NCBI GenBank assembly: GCA_965287045.1
Contig: OZ336877.1
Coordinates: 4,712,001 to 4,776,000 of the forward strand
Length of the DNA stretch: 64,000 bases
DNA from: Carcharhinus amblyrhynchos
Lineage: Eukaryota
Reading direction: 5' to 3'
The notes under the pieces are model-generated. The model did not search any database, was not told the DNA's origin, and was given only the letters and a program-made list of their open reading frames with translations. Made by a program: the position numbers and the translations under genes. Position 1 is the first letter of the stretch. Each line of letters begins with the position of its first letter. Positions 24,134 to 36,090 of the stretch are shown here, one piece after another.

Positions 24134-26738
24134 GTCAAAGCATATGAAAGCCAGCTGCAAGAAATTGAAGACGAAGCCAGTAGCGTTTGTGGGCGTGTCT
24201 ATTGCTTCTCCAGAAAATGCTGCATCAGTGAATGAAACTTGTGATGAACTGACATATCCAATATATTTACAGCGAGTGTAAATCAGGACATAAAAGATGA
24301 TGGGAGTTCTACATGAGAGTGCAGTAACTCTGGTTGGGGAGTCAAAAACGTCATCATTCTTTGCATTACAGGATGGGTACAAATAGTTGATGTCAGCAAA
24401 AGACGTACTTTCCTCCAGAGAGTTTTCTAAATATAAGTATATTGACATAGAGTATTGACAGAAACCGTTTGCCTTTTCCATTGTGTAAGGTGAATTTAAA
24501 CTGTGCTTTGATCAATGGGGTTGTTATTGTTGGAGAGATGTTGAAATTACCTATTAAAGTTATTGACTTCATGACAGGGAAAGACCTAGCGGGAGATAGA
24601 ATGCTGACATCTCCAGGGATGGTAGGCAAGTCCATTAAACTGACAGCATACAAAAGAAATCAGGGACTATTTGTAATCCCGCTGTAGAGAGTTTTGTTTT
24701 GACTAAAGATATCTCCAAGGAATCAAAGTCCAAACTTCTGAAGTTGAAAGTATACTGGAGCTTCAAATTGACAGAAAAAAAAAACTTTGAACCATCTCGT
24801 AATGAGCTGAACTTGCCTGCAGACCCTAAGTCACAGGTGTTAAGATGGGATTCAGCTGCAGAATCTCATGCTAATGGGGAAAGAGACAGTGCTTTCAACC
24901 ACAATCACTTGCCTCTAAGTGATCCCGTTACTGTGAAAGTAAAAGGATAGATGTGAGCCTGAGAATGGAAAATAAAACTTCAAAACGAAACTGCTGCGAC
25001 TCTTGTTCAAAAGAAGTTGGACAAAACTGGTTCTGAATGGGACGGTGGAAAACAAAAATAAAGTTAAAAGAATATCAGGATTTAAAAAAAAAATCAGAAT
25101 CACAAAATATCTCAATGAGATTTTTAAAGCAGCAATGGAACTCAGTAATCCTGGGTTTAAATAGGAGAAAGAAGACATGGCTAGTTTGCTGAGTTTTAAA
25201 AATGTGAATATGAAACAGTCTTCTCCTAAAGAGAATGACTGAGTTAAAATGGCAACACCCTGATGACAATGGGTCTCCTTTTGACACTAAAAAGAATACT
25301 GAATCCAGAGGGTCAAAAGCTGTTCCGACCGAGAATTTGTTTTTGTCTATTGTTTACACCTGTCAGTACGCAGAAGCCAGGGGAACTATCAGTAGTCAGC
25401 AATATTGTTCCTGACAAAGTTAACCAAACCAGACCAAGGATACAGTTGTCTAACCAAGGATTAGGAAACAATGTGAACTTTAATCACCATGAGAAAGGAG
25501 ATATACTCTGATGCGTCTTGCAAAGTGAAGCCATTAGCAGCTAAATAAATTCTCAACGTGAGAAGAACAACTTTAAAATTTGACATAGTGGACTTTCGTT
25601 CCTAATCATTACAGGCATTTCGTTGATACAGGTTAAACTTCATGATGCTGCCAAGGTGAACAGTTTAATCGGAAATGTGACTGCACAGGGAGGGGGGGAA
25701 GATTATTGCTTGTACTATATGTAGTAAGTGAGCTGTTCAAGTGCAGAGAGTGTTATAAGTTGTTACATTTTGGATTGTCATCACTATGGTGTGAACTTCA
25801 CATTCTTTACAGGGCAGGTATTATAATTATGAGGTTTATAAGAGGAAGAAATCACCAGAAAACTCACACCATGAAAGACAGTTCTGGAGTTTAAAGTTTC
25901 CAGGCTAGAAAAGGAAAAATTCAGAAATAAATCCTCAGAATCTTAGTAGTATTTTGGACAGGTTCTGGGAGAACTGAATGACTCCTTAAAGGACGGTGTG
26001 TACCTGTGAAGTGCATGGATATATCTTCTATAAAGATAGTATTTAGTCAATAGTGACCTTAGTTTTTTGTTACAATAAATGACTTAGTCCATCAAACCTC
26101 ACTTTATCATTCTTTCAGCCATTAACTGGAATTTTCTACTTCTTTTTAAAAAGCCATCAGTCGAAATGAAGATCATAACAAAAGCAAATATATAGAGTAG
26201 ACTAGATAGGAGGGGAAGGGAATAGAGGGTGACAATGGTATATGGGAAGATGCTTGAATGAAGCACAAATGCCAGAATGGGCCAAGTGGCCAGTTTCTCT
26301 GCCATATATCCGGAGTATGGATACCTATGCAGAGAGGTTCACAGATTGCTTTGATTCTGTGGGCAGAGATACACAAAATGAGTCACAGAAACTTAAAATT
26401 GTTAACTTTTGACTGCTTCCAAATCCACAATTAACAGCTGCCACGAAACGCTCCACTGAAAGTAAGTTAAGTGTTAAAAGAACGTCGCAAAACACTACAA
26501 TAAATACTTCTGTTCAAGTTTTTGACTTTTTTCCATTCAAACAACCTTCTCTGTTTTTCATCTGAACTAATTAAATGCAACAATACACACATGCACGATT
26601 TGCAGTTTTAGTTGTAGCTTAATGAAATACATCTGATTTTCAGGTGACCCATAGTGGGAAGCCCCCTTTAAGGGAATTAATTGCAGGGAAAGCAGTGGGA
26701 TCTGATCATATGGAACTGGATCACATCTGGCCAATTTA

Positions 26739-26936
<198 letters not shown>

Positions 26937-27589
26937 TCATGTGATCTGTGAAGTTAGAACAAATCAACACAAGAGTTTTGTTTCCCTTCTGGCAGCAATA
27001 ACCAAGGAAACAAGTTGCTCACACTAAGGTCATTTTTAATTGTGCTTCTTCACAATAATTGAGTCTCGTTATAATAAATCAGTGACAGATTTAGCATAGA
27101 AATCACAGAAAAGCATTATGATAGCAAATGCAAATTCCAGCAAAGGTGCTCAAATTAATTTGTCTCGTGCCTTGCAAAACGTTCATCGTTTAAGCCAAGC
27201 TCAACTAATTTCGATTTAGCAGCTCTGCACGTAAAAAAAACTGGCAAAGCAATTTAATTTGGATGCTTTAAGTATAATGGTGAGAGGTGTACCCTGCTTC
27301 AACTTTAATTAACTGTTTGTCAAACTTTAGCGATGAAACAATGCAAGTGGCCCGCACGTTCCAAATCCAAGAGTTACAGCCCTCACGTTGCAAATAAAAT
27401 TGTGTGTTTTTAATGACAGCTTTTCAAATGGCAGTGACAACTGTGGAGTCGGTATTCTAAATAGTTCAATATAACTGGTGAAAAGTTACAGGATGAGTTA
27501 CTGTGCAAGGCACTCAAGCACAAACATATAACCAATCCCGCAGCTACTTGCCCAGATTCAATTTTAACCTTCTGTCCTGCCCAGGATGG

Positions 27590-28090
27590 AACTTAAAATC
27601 TCATTCGATTTATTAACCTTTATCAATCACTTATTTTCACATCAGCAGCATCGACCACCTCTGCTACCACCATTCCCCCAATCCTGCACCCCTTCCCATT
27701 CTTCCTCCGTTATCAGATGGGACTTATTCAATACCTTTCTTATTCGGTCATAGCCTTCATTCGTCATCTCAAATGATTCAATCTGACATTCACTGAGATG
27801 TGCCAACCTATCGGTCTGTAATTAAAGACCTATTCCGGCTCGCTCACAGGTCAAATTATAAATAACTAATACTCACTTGCCAATTCCTTCATGGGATCAA
27901 ATTGCTCCTCTCTGCATCGACAATCTCCAGTTCTCTGACTCCAACCTTCCTTGGTGATAAAGCCTTCAGTGGTCTCAAACCCACATCCTAAAACCTTCCT
28001 CCTCTCTAACTCTCTTCCTATCTTCACTTCTCCTGACCTTCCTGCTAAGATTTCGAGTCTCCTCTATGAAGCAACTCAAAGTCTGTTGGC
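27590..28090 (+). mobile_element. very degraded L2 LINE fragment
   Basis: Pyrimidine-rich sequence with remnants tcagcagcatcgaccacc and ccttccttggtgataaagccttcagt...cttcct typical of L2. Confidence 0.4.
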
Positions 28091-28109
28091 ATGTTGACAG
28101 CAATTTTTT

Positions 28110-28545
28110 AATGCATGAACCTACATTTATGTAATGCCTTTCTTGACCTCAGGGTATATTAAAGCACTTCACAGTTTATCAAATATTTTCGGAACTTTGG
28201 TTATACCTGTACTGTAGGAAATGTGGCAGTCAATTTGGGTACTGCAAGATGCCATAAACTGCAATGTGATTTTGGCCAGATAAACCTGTTTGTGATATTG
28301 GTTAAGGAATAAATATTGACTGGGACATCAGGGAGAACTCCCCAGCTCTTCTGTTAATACTGCACTGGAAACATTTACATTTACCCGAGAGGACAAAGGA
28401 AGCCTCAATTTAAAATCTCATTGAGAGAAGGCATTTCTGATGTTGCAGCACTCCCTCATTACTGCACTCAAATGTCAAGTCAGCTAATGTGCTCAAATTT
28501 CTGGAGTGGAATTTGAACTTACAATCTTCTGACTCGGAGGACTGA
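28110..28545 (-). mobile_element. DeuSINE (SacSINE1/AmnSINE1-related), near full length
   Basis: Reverse complement shows a tRNA-like head, the Deu domain (gtgcagtaatgagggagtgctgca...gagattttaaattgagg...agaagagctggggagttctccc.gatgtcccagtcaatatttattcc) and an L2-like tail (aaggcattacataaatgtagg). Confidence 0.8.
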
Positions 28546-29125
28546 ATTCTTCTGGTTCCGTAAGGCAAGCTAGAAGGTGGGAGTTGGAAAACTGCATGTT
28601 GGGACGGCCATCAAAGGAGTTCCTAGTTCTGAGTGATCTTGCAAGAGGTGAGGTCAACACAGCAGAAGCTACCCCGCCAGGGGCTTCTAGTTACTGGTTC
28701 GGCCCAATAATGGGCCAATCTTCCTGGCAGAGGAAATGCACCGATATCTCCTCTCACTCTTCCCAGCACAGGCTCGCCAACATTCAACAGCCACAATCAC
28801 AAGCCATCATGGTTTACACCCCCACAACGATGCAATGACAGCTACCGTCACGCATAATTTTTCATTTTTCACAGCGCTGAAGAGCGTGCCCACATTCTGA
28901 GCCATGCTCATGGTCTCAGCCGTGCCCGCAACTCCCTTTGGGGCCTTCCTACTGGGTCTCCAGCATCGTTACGCTCCTGGCCATCCTTAAGTGGGTGGGG
29001 CGTGGCGAGAGAGTCATTTATTTGGCTACCTCCAGAAAGACTGTGACCATCTCCCCGCTGTAGCTACTTGCGAGTTTCAGAGCCAGGATTGGTCCTGATC
29101 GCAACGCAATCAGGAAAAATCAATC
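28538..29125. mobile_element. GC-rich MITE-like DNA transposon remnant
   Basis: GC-rich block with gactgaattcttctgg ... caggaaaaatcaatc termini. Confidence 0.4.
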
Positions 29126-29734
29126 TCGAATGTCACCACTGGACCAAAGCCTACACCATCTATTTTCACAAAGGCATTCTCTTTTAAAACAGGTTGCTAC
29201 TTCTGTAAAAATTGCAGACTGAGGAAATTTATACGGATATATAAAATGGTCATATGTTTATATTACAGTGAGAGAGACAATTACTCATCCTTCAGCAGCC
29301 CCAGTGCATCTTTATTTTCCATTTGCCCCTGAAAAACAGGTTTCCATTACTACAGAAAAATGAAATATGGAATTTAAGGATTAAAAACTTTAAGTCTTTC
29401 TTTGTTTAAAAATTTAGAAGCAAGTATTTGAATTTTTCACGCATGAAAACAGGTTACAGAACCTATCACTTTCTGCAGCTTTGTAGGGTCAATGGAATTG
29501 AAGATCTGGTATCACATCATTGGTGATTATTTAGAATTTTTTTGTTGCCTACCTTTGAACAAAATGGGTTTTCCTCCAAATATTTGCTAACAACTCAATA
29601 CCCAAATATAATTCCATTTCAAATCATTCTGACATCAATTTTTCCTCAATATAGTGAACATAGAGTATATAGACTGAGCAGAATGATTTGCACCACACAC
29701 ACATATATACTATATATACACCCCTACTCATTGT

Positions 29735-30320
29735 TATTCAGTCATTGGATTTGGGCTTCACTGGCTGTACCAGCATTTATTCCCAATCCTAATTGCCCTG
29801 GAGAAAATGGTAGTGAACTACTTTCTCGAATGACCGTGGTCTGTCTTGTGATAGTAACAACACCCTACTGTGAAGGATAGAATTCCAGGTGTTAACCCCG
29901 GGAACAGTGAAGGGACAGTGATATATTTCCAAATCAGGATGACGTATAACTTAGAAGCAACGCGCCCTTTAAGTTACCACTGCGCTTCTTGGCAGGAGAG
30001 GATGTGGATTTTGAAAGGGATGGTTGAGGAAGCCTTGGTGAGTTGCGACAGTGCATCCTGTAGATGGTGCTCACTGTAGCCATGGTGAGGTGATGGTAGA
30101 GCAAGTGAATGTTTAATATGGTGGATGGGTTGGCAATGAAGCACGCTGCTTTGTCCTGGATTGTCACTGGAGCTGCACTCATCCAGGCAAGTGAAGGATG
30201 TTCCATCACACCTCTGACTTTTGCCTTGTAGATGATGGACAGGCTTCAGGGAGTCAGGTGATGAGTTACTCACCATAGAATGTCCAGTCTCTGACTTGCT
30301 CTTGTAGCCACAGTGTTTAT
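29735..30320 (-). mobile_element. Crack-like LINE 3' end (same family as 23175-24133)
   Basis: ORF 29934-30209 reads MEHPSLAWMSAAPVTIQDKAACFIANPSTILNIHLLYH..., and the tail gggaataaatgctgg is shared. Confidence 0.8.
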
Positions 30321-31989
30321 ACAGTAATAATGTATACAGTATATATGCAGGTTATGCACATCAAAACTGCACTGAAAGATTTGATTGCCATGAACCTATT
30401 GCAGGCTTTTTATAGACTTTCACCCCTTTTAACATTCCTGATTTTACACACAGACAAGAATGAAACCATTGTTCATCAAATTATCTACGTTCAAGATTTT
30501 TAGATGTATATGTGAACAAATTGTGGTCTCATTCTGTCCTATTGTTAAGTTCCAGATTCAGGTAAAGTTAGTGACATGGCAGGGTAACATACTGCCTTTT
30601 CTTTTCCACAATCAGAGGTTAAAGTCCTACATTCGAATGTCTTCTCTCTGCTGACTAAGCCGCTATGTGGAATAAGCTTAGGCAATCTCAACCGAGTTCT
30701 AACGAAGGGGGATGGAAATATAGCCAAAGTTACGGGGAATACAGAATAGCAATGAAAATTGTGCACTCAGTGTGGGGACAGAAGAAATTATTAAAATACC
30801 TTCAAAGACTGCTGCGGCATTGAAACACAAATAAAATCTTGGAATAATATCTTAAATATGAGCTCCTTCAACATGTCCAACAATAGGATTCTTGTACTTG
30901 AAGTATTTGTGACATCCAAAGCTCCTAAACTTCCCAAAGTTTATTGTACGTATAGATTAAAAGGTTCTTATCTCTGCAAGGTTTAAATGCACAGCCTACA
31001 CACTTACTCTTCCAGGGTATACAACATAATGCCAAATAGTGTACTTCATTTCATGAGAAGTGTAATTTATGATAGAACAAACTATGCAAATATTTTATTA
31101 GATTATAATAAGCCATTTGCATTTCTCAGGACAATTTTAGTTTGGCCAGAAACACAGATGTAAATTTTCAATAATTGCAGCATCAAGCCTTTTGTATAAG
31201 TCTTCAGGACAAATATCTGTTCACCTCCCTTGCAAATTCTTCTTTCTTTTCCCAAGTGATAATAACCATTTTTTTAAAAAATTGCTCACTAATATTATTT
31301 ACATTTCTAAAGGGTGAAAACAGTGACAGAGAAGTTTGGCTTTAACTTCAGCGACAATCCATTATAAAACTGTTAGTTAACCTTCCGATAATGCAGTCGA
31401 TGAAACATTAAAACCACACAAGTACAAAGCCGACATATCAAGTGATATAAAATGTCCTCCCGTTGGTTTGTAGGTAAGCAATTCTGAGAAAGTTGAGTAA
31501 TGAAACTCTAATGCCATTGTGTAAATTGAGGCTTTTTCAGAACCATTCCTGGTCTAAGAATCACAATCTTTCAAAAGTACAGAACCCACTGTTCACAAAG
31601 CAGAAAAACAGACTTTTTCAATCCACGTCTAATTCTCCCAATGATTTGTGTAGCTCTTACAATAAAAAGTAAAAGGTTCCACACAAAGACTTTCTTTTCA
31701 CTTCTGTAAATACATTTCAAACATTAAAACGTGTAAATAAACCGTCAAAAAGAATGTATAAACTGCTTAAGAATCGAAAATTTTTGAAGGCCTTTCCTTA
31801 CAACTGGAGTGTTGACCAAAAATAACCAGACAGAGTACAATGCTAATAATTGTACTCAGATATATTCAAAGTGGAAGGCTTTTATAGGCATATTTCTGCC
31901 TTCAAGACTCAAGCAGTTTTTTGGAACAAAAAAGCACTTGATTCATCTGGCGTTTCACAATGTATTACAGAGAGAAAAAAAATCCTGGT

Positions 31990-32830
31990 GAGCAGCCAGT
32001 TCCCTATAGGGTAATTTTTCCATCCAGATGCAAGTGCCATTGAAGGACTCGTCAGCTAAACTAATTACAATCTCGCATTTGCTGATGCCTGCTCACTCCA
32101 ACATTCAACATCGTCCATTAATCATTGATACAAGGAAAAATGAATGTAGCCAAAAGCACTGAGCACTGGTAGACTGCGCAGCCATAAAACTTGAAATGAC
32201 TGTAATAATTTAGTTTGAATCTAGAAATATTTTCAGTTAGCAATAAACAGTCGAAAACTCAAGTCGCACAATGACCCTTTCAATACGAGAACACTTCAGC
32301 CCTTCCACTGTCCCCGCCCTCCACTCCCCAACCCCATTCCTTCAAATGGTTGCGCCACACTAGTCACTTAATGGGAAAGAAGTCAATACTTTCACTGAAC
32401 TACACTACAATGAGAATTACAGCGCAATTGTTTGCAACTTTCAAATCGAGAGAAAAAAAATGGACCAGATCCTATTACTGGCATGGTAATTATTAATCTA
32501 ATTAACAAACGATTGCCCATGAGAAAGGATCTTTCCCCAAGCTTGAGTTTATGCTCACAAACAATGATAGGGAAAATGAATTTCCTCGAGGACCCTGCTC
32601 TCTTTCTCCTCCCTCTTTTTGCAGAAAATAATGCAGTCAGTAAAACTCCAACAGATCTAATTACACCCTTTGTGACAGCAAGCAGCCAAAACAAAATTAG
32701 CATAGCTCAAGCAACAATATTAGCTGCTGTGTAATCACTTACTGAAATATCATCGGATATTAACCTTTCATTTAGAATGTCAGTAATGCACAAACCAGTA
32801 AGTCACACAGAATGTTTAAATTGTTCCTTT
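31990..32830. promoter_or_regulatory. candidate conserved non-coding element / enhancer cluster
   Basis: Lies in a ~4-kb TE-free stretch. It carries dense TAAT/TAATTA homeodomain motifs, CCATAAAA (32182-32189), AACAATG (32560-32566) and TGATAG (32565-32570). Conservation is not verified. Confidence 0.5.
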
Positions 32831-34424
32831 GTGTGAATGAACAGTCATTACAGTGGAACACGTTAGGAGAAATAGGTTTTGTGCTTCTGGTGATAAAACT
32901 AACTGTGTGATATTATTTATGATGTTAAATACGAGTGTCAGAAAGTTTTTTTTAAATAAAACAAGGATAATCCAGTAACTTGGCAGTACCGAACTTCTGA
33001 GCCTTGTTCTGTAGAAAAACACAGAACCTGGTTCTAACAGAATGGCTTTGTGCGGCTGCATCCTATGCACTGGCAGGAATTTAGTCAAGTACTCGGGAGG
33101 AAAAAAACGGAATAATTTCTCATTATACAGAAGTAAAGGGGGTCTCAGGAGTGATTAGGCCAGCTAAGTGAGGTAATAGGCTATCCCCATCAAATACCTC
33201 ACGTATGCTACTTCCTGTTCAATTATCAACTTGTCTGCACTGCCATCTGCAAAAACTAATACATATCTTGTTCTGCCAGTTTCTGCTTTTGCAGTTTTGT
33301 TAGCTGGCTGCAGCTGCTGTAGAAGAAAGCTCCAATTGTCTTTCTTTTCCCCTGTGCAAGCTCATTTTTCTCCCTGTCACAAACATCATTTCAAGGTACA
33401 GCACTGCTTGCAGTGGGGTGCGGAGCAAAGCAAAGTCATTCTGCTCAGTCTGACCCCGTTGTTTCTTTCCCTCCACGTTGCCGCGTGTTCACCGTGTGCA
33501 GAATAGTGTTCCACGTCTGCTACAGTCCAGCTCATACCACGCTTGACTCACCAATTTCAGATACAGGGTGGTGAGTGGACTTGTCAACTCTCCAAACGGT
33601 CTTAACATGAGTTCGGATATTGTCTGATTTAAAGACATTTTCCCCAGAAGAAAGGATCAAGACATACTGAAGCCAGTGCTGCAAAACATCTGGCTACAAT
33701 ATTGGATATCAGTTTCCAGCCATCGAGTCCTTTCACCTGGGAATGGTTTGTGAATGATTCACTCCCTTAATTTTTCCCCTTAAAGCACATATCTTTGTTT
33801 TTCACATTACAGCATGATATGTTGAAATGTCAATCCAATATCTTTTATGATGTGAACAGACATCGGACATCATGTCAAATGTCAGTTGTTCAGACTCCAG
33901 ATGTTTTTTTGTGTCCAGACTTACTTTACATTCGTTTTTTTCTTTAATTATGAGGTTGTTGCACATTGCAGTTCCAAACTTTTTAGCAACATTTTTACAT
34001 CATGCAAATGTAATACTTTTGAACTCCTGTAACATTTATATTTTTAATTTAAATTTCACAAGCACATTGATGTCCTCGATGCTTTTAAATTTTCTGAAGT
34101 TTACTAATAGAAGTGGTGACAGTCAGATTAAACCAAGTAAAATTGTTCCATTTGTAGTGGGGACAGCAATTGCAAGGATCTGCCAATGTCTCTAATCCTG
34201 ACTTGTCTTCAGGAAGCCAGCAAAGGCTACTTCTGCCTCCACAAGGAACTGGGAATTAAAAGGTGCATCTTTGTAAGGGACTTTATATCAACAGGTGTCT
34301 CCTTCACAAAAGCCAGATTAATTAAAAGCTTTCACAAGTATATTGCGTTACCTTGTTTTTCATTAGCATCAATCTGTTAAACTTGTAGTGATGTAGATTA
34401 TAACAAAATTCCTTTCAACTTCTT

Positions 34425-34925
34425 ATATCATAGCTTGATATGACTTGTGCTCTGTCCAAGACCACAGGAAACTATGAATGAAGCCCAGTCCATCACACAA
34501 ACCAACCTCCCATCCATTGACTGTCTACACTTCCCACTGCCTCGGAAAAGCAGCCAGCATAATCAAGCACTCCACACACCCCAGGCATACTCTCTTCTAC
34601 CTTCTTCCATCAGGAAAAGGATTCAAAAGTCTGAGGTCACGTACCAACCAACAGCTTCTTCCCTGTTGCCATCAGGCTTTTCAAAGGACCTACCTTATAT
34701 TAAGCTGATCTTTCACTACATCTTAGCTATGACTGTAACGCTACATTCTGCACCCTTTCCTTTCCTTCTCTATCTATGTTATGCTTTGACTGTAGAGCAC
34801 ACAAGAAACAATATTTTTCACTATATACTAATACATGTGACAATAATAAATTTAAAGACTGCAAGAAACTAGAAAGAGTCATGAAAGAAGCCCAGCCCAT
34901 CAGGCAAACCAGCCTCCCATCCCAT
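34425..34925 (+). mobile_element. Rex1/Babar LINE 3' end plus a short tandem re-start
   Basis: Reads NEAQSITQTNLPSID / YTSHCLGKAASIIKHSTHPRHTLFYLLPSGKGFKSLRSRTN, with tail tgtgacaataataaat. 34855-34925 repeats the 5' part. Confidence 0.85.
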
Positions 34926-35035
34926 CAAAGTCCTCTATTTTAAAAATTACTTTACTCATATATCCTAAGTGTGAAAGTTGCTTTTTTCCCACTTAAGGCA
35001 AGATATATAGTATTGAGAATACAACTGAGAGATTC

Positions 35036-35165
35036 TCACGTGACAAAGGAGCAGCGCTCCAAAAGCTAGTGGCGTTTGCCACCAAATAAACCTGTTGGAC
35101 TTTAACCTGGTGTTGTGAGACTCCTTAGTGTATTTACCCCAGTCCAACGCCGGCATCTCCACATC
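35036..35165 (+). mobile_element. Penelope-like short element with a decayed hammerhead-ribozyme fold
   Basis: TCAC-GTGACAA-A-GGAGC-AGC-GCTCC-AAAA-GC-TA-GTGG, followed by ccaaataaacctgttggactttaacctggtgttgtgagact...cagtccaacgccggcatctccacatc. Confidence 0.75.
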
Positions 35166-35394
35166 AAGACATAACACAGCCAGGCACAGAGTAACCAGTT
35201 CACTTGCTGTTCCCAGCAATTCACCCACTCTAACTTGGACCACCGCATGCATGCTCTAAACCATTCTCTTCAGCATCACCAATTCAGTAGATATCATAAC
35301 TGCCCTGTTCCTTAGACGTGCATTATCTTTTGTCTCTCCTGGTGCTTTAACAAGCCCTTTAAACAGACTCCACTTGGGATTTCCAGAACGCGCT

Positions 35395-36090
35395 TATCAG
35401 AAATTATTGTAAAGAAAAAGAGAAGATTGGCTGGCTAGCAGAAAACAGAGTATGCATAAATGGGTCTTTAATTGGAAGGATGTGGTGAGTGCAGTGCTGC
35501 AGGGATCTGTTCAGGCCTTGAACTTTTTATCATTTATAACAATGACTTAGATGAGGGGAGTGGAGCAATGGGAGCTGAATGTGCAGATGAAGAAAAATAG
35601 GTGGGAAAGTATGTTGTGAAGAAGATATATAGGGTTTGCAGAAAGGTACAGATAGGTTGTGGGAGCGCGCAATCATCTCCCAGATTGAATATGATGTGGG
35701 AAAGCGTGAAGTTGCTCACTTTGGCAGGAGGAATAACAAAGCAGAGTGTTACTTCAACAGAGAATGCTGAAGTGCAAAGGGATTGAGGTGTTATTGTGCA
35801 TGACTCACAAAACGTTAGTACGTAGGTGCAGCAAGAAGGCTAATGGAATGTTATTCTTCATTATGAGAGGGATTGAACATAAAACGTAAGGGCATTACGT
35901 GGTTTGGAATTCTCTGCCTCAGGAGGGGCTGGAAGCAGGGTCACTGAATATTTTTAAAGCAGAGATGGATAGTTTCTTGTTGGGCAAGGAAGCCAAAGGT
36001 TATTGGGGGGTAGACAGGAATGTGGAACTCACCACATGATCTTACTGAGCAGCAGAGTAGACCTGGGAACTGAATGGTCCACTTCTCTTC
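35395..36090 (+). mobile_element. CR1 LINE fragment (RT region to 3' end, internally deleted)
   Basis: gtgctgcagggatctgtt (VPQGSV-like), tttataacaatgacttagatg, gcagatgaagaaaaatag (ADDTKI-like), and a CR1 tail ctgaatggtccacttct. Confidence 0.7.

Larger units (their letters stand above)
21390..26000 (+). mobile_element. ancient, internally deleted Gmr1-like Ty3/Gypsy LTR retrotransposon (LTR-PBS-gag-protease-integrase remnant-PPT-LTR)
   Basis: Diverged direct repeat at 21397-21550 and 25835-25985; decayed tRNA-Pro-type PBS at 21955-21972. Gag fragments from ATG 22030: FTKVNLKTVAEELEI, QVTKFSEEGIE, SVLAEKA, EVHSTL, D*DIVKVSV, EIVPKAF*QN, RKRHNQGFVEFAREK, LRKMLLLEDF. A zinc knuckle is split at 23175/24141, and the protease region reads PLCKVNLNCALINGVVIVG..LPIKVIDFMTGKDLAG. 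PPT agggagggggggaaga at ~25687-25702. Outer LTR ends are not resolved. Confidence 0.75.

Noticed and set aside
32392-32734. Overlapping ~100-aa ORFs on both strands in the TE-free block
   Set aside because: There is no recognisable domain or exon structure. The composition fits a non-coding regulatory element better.
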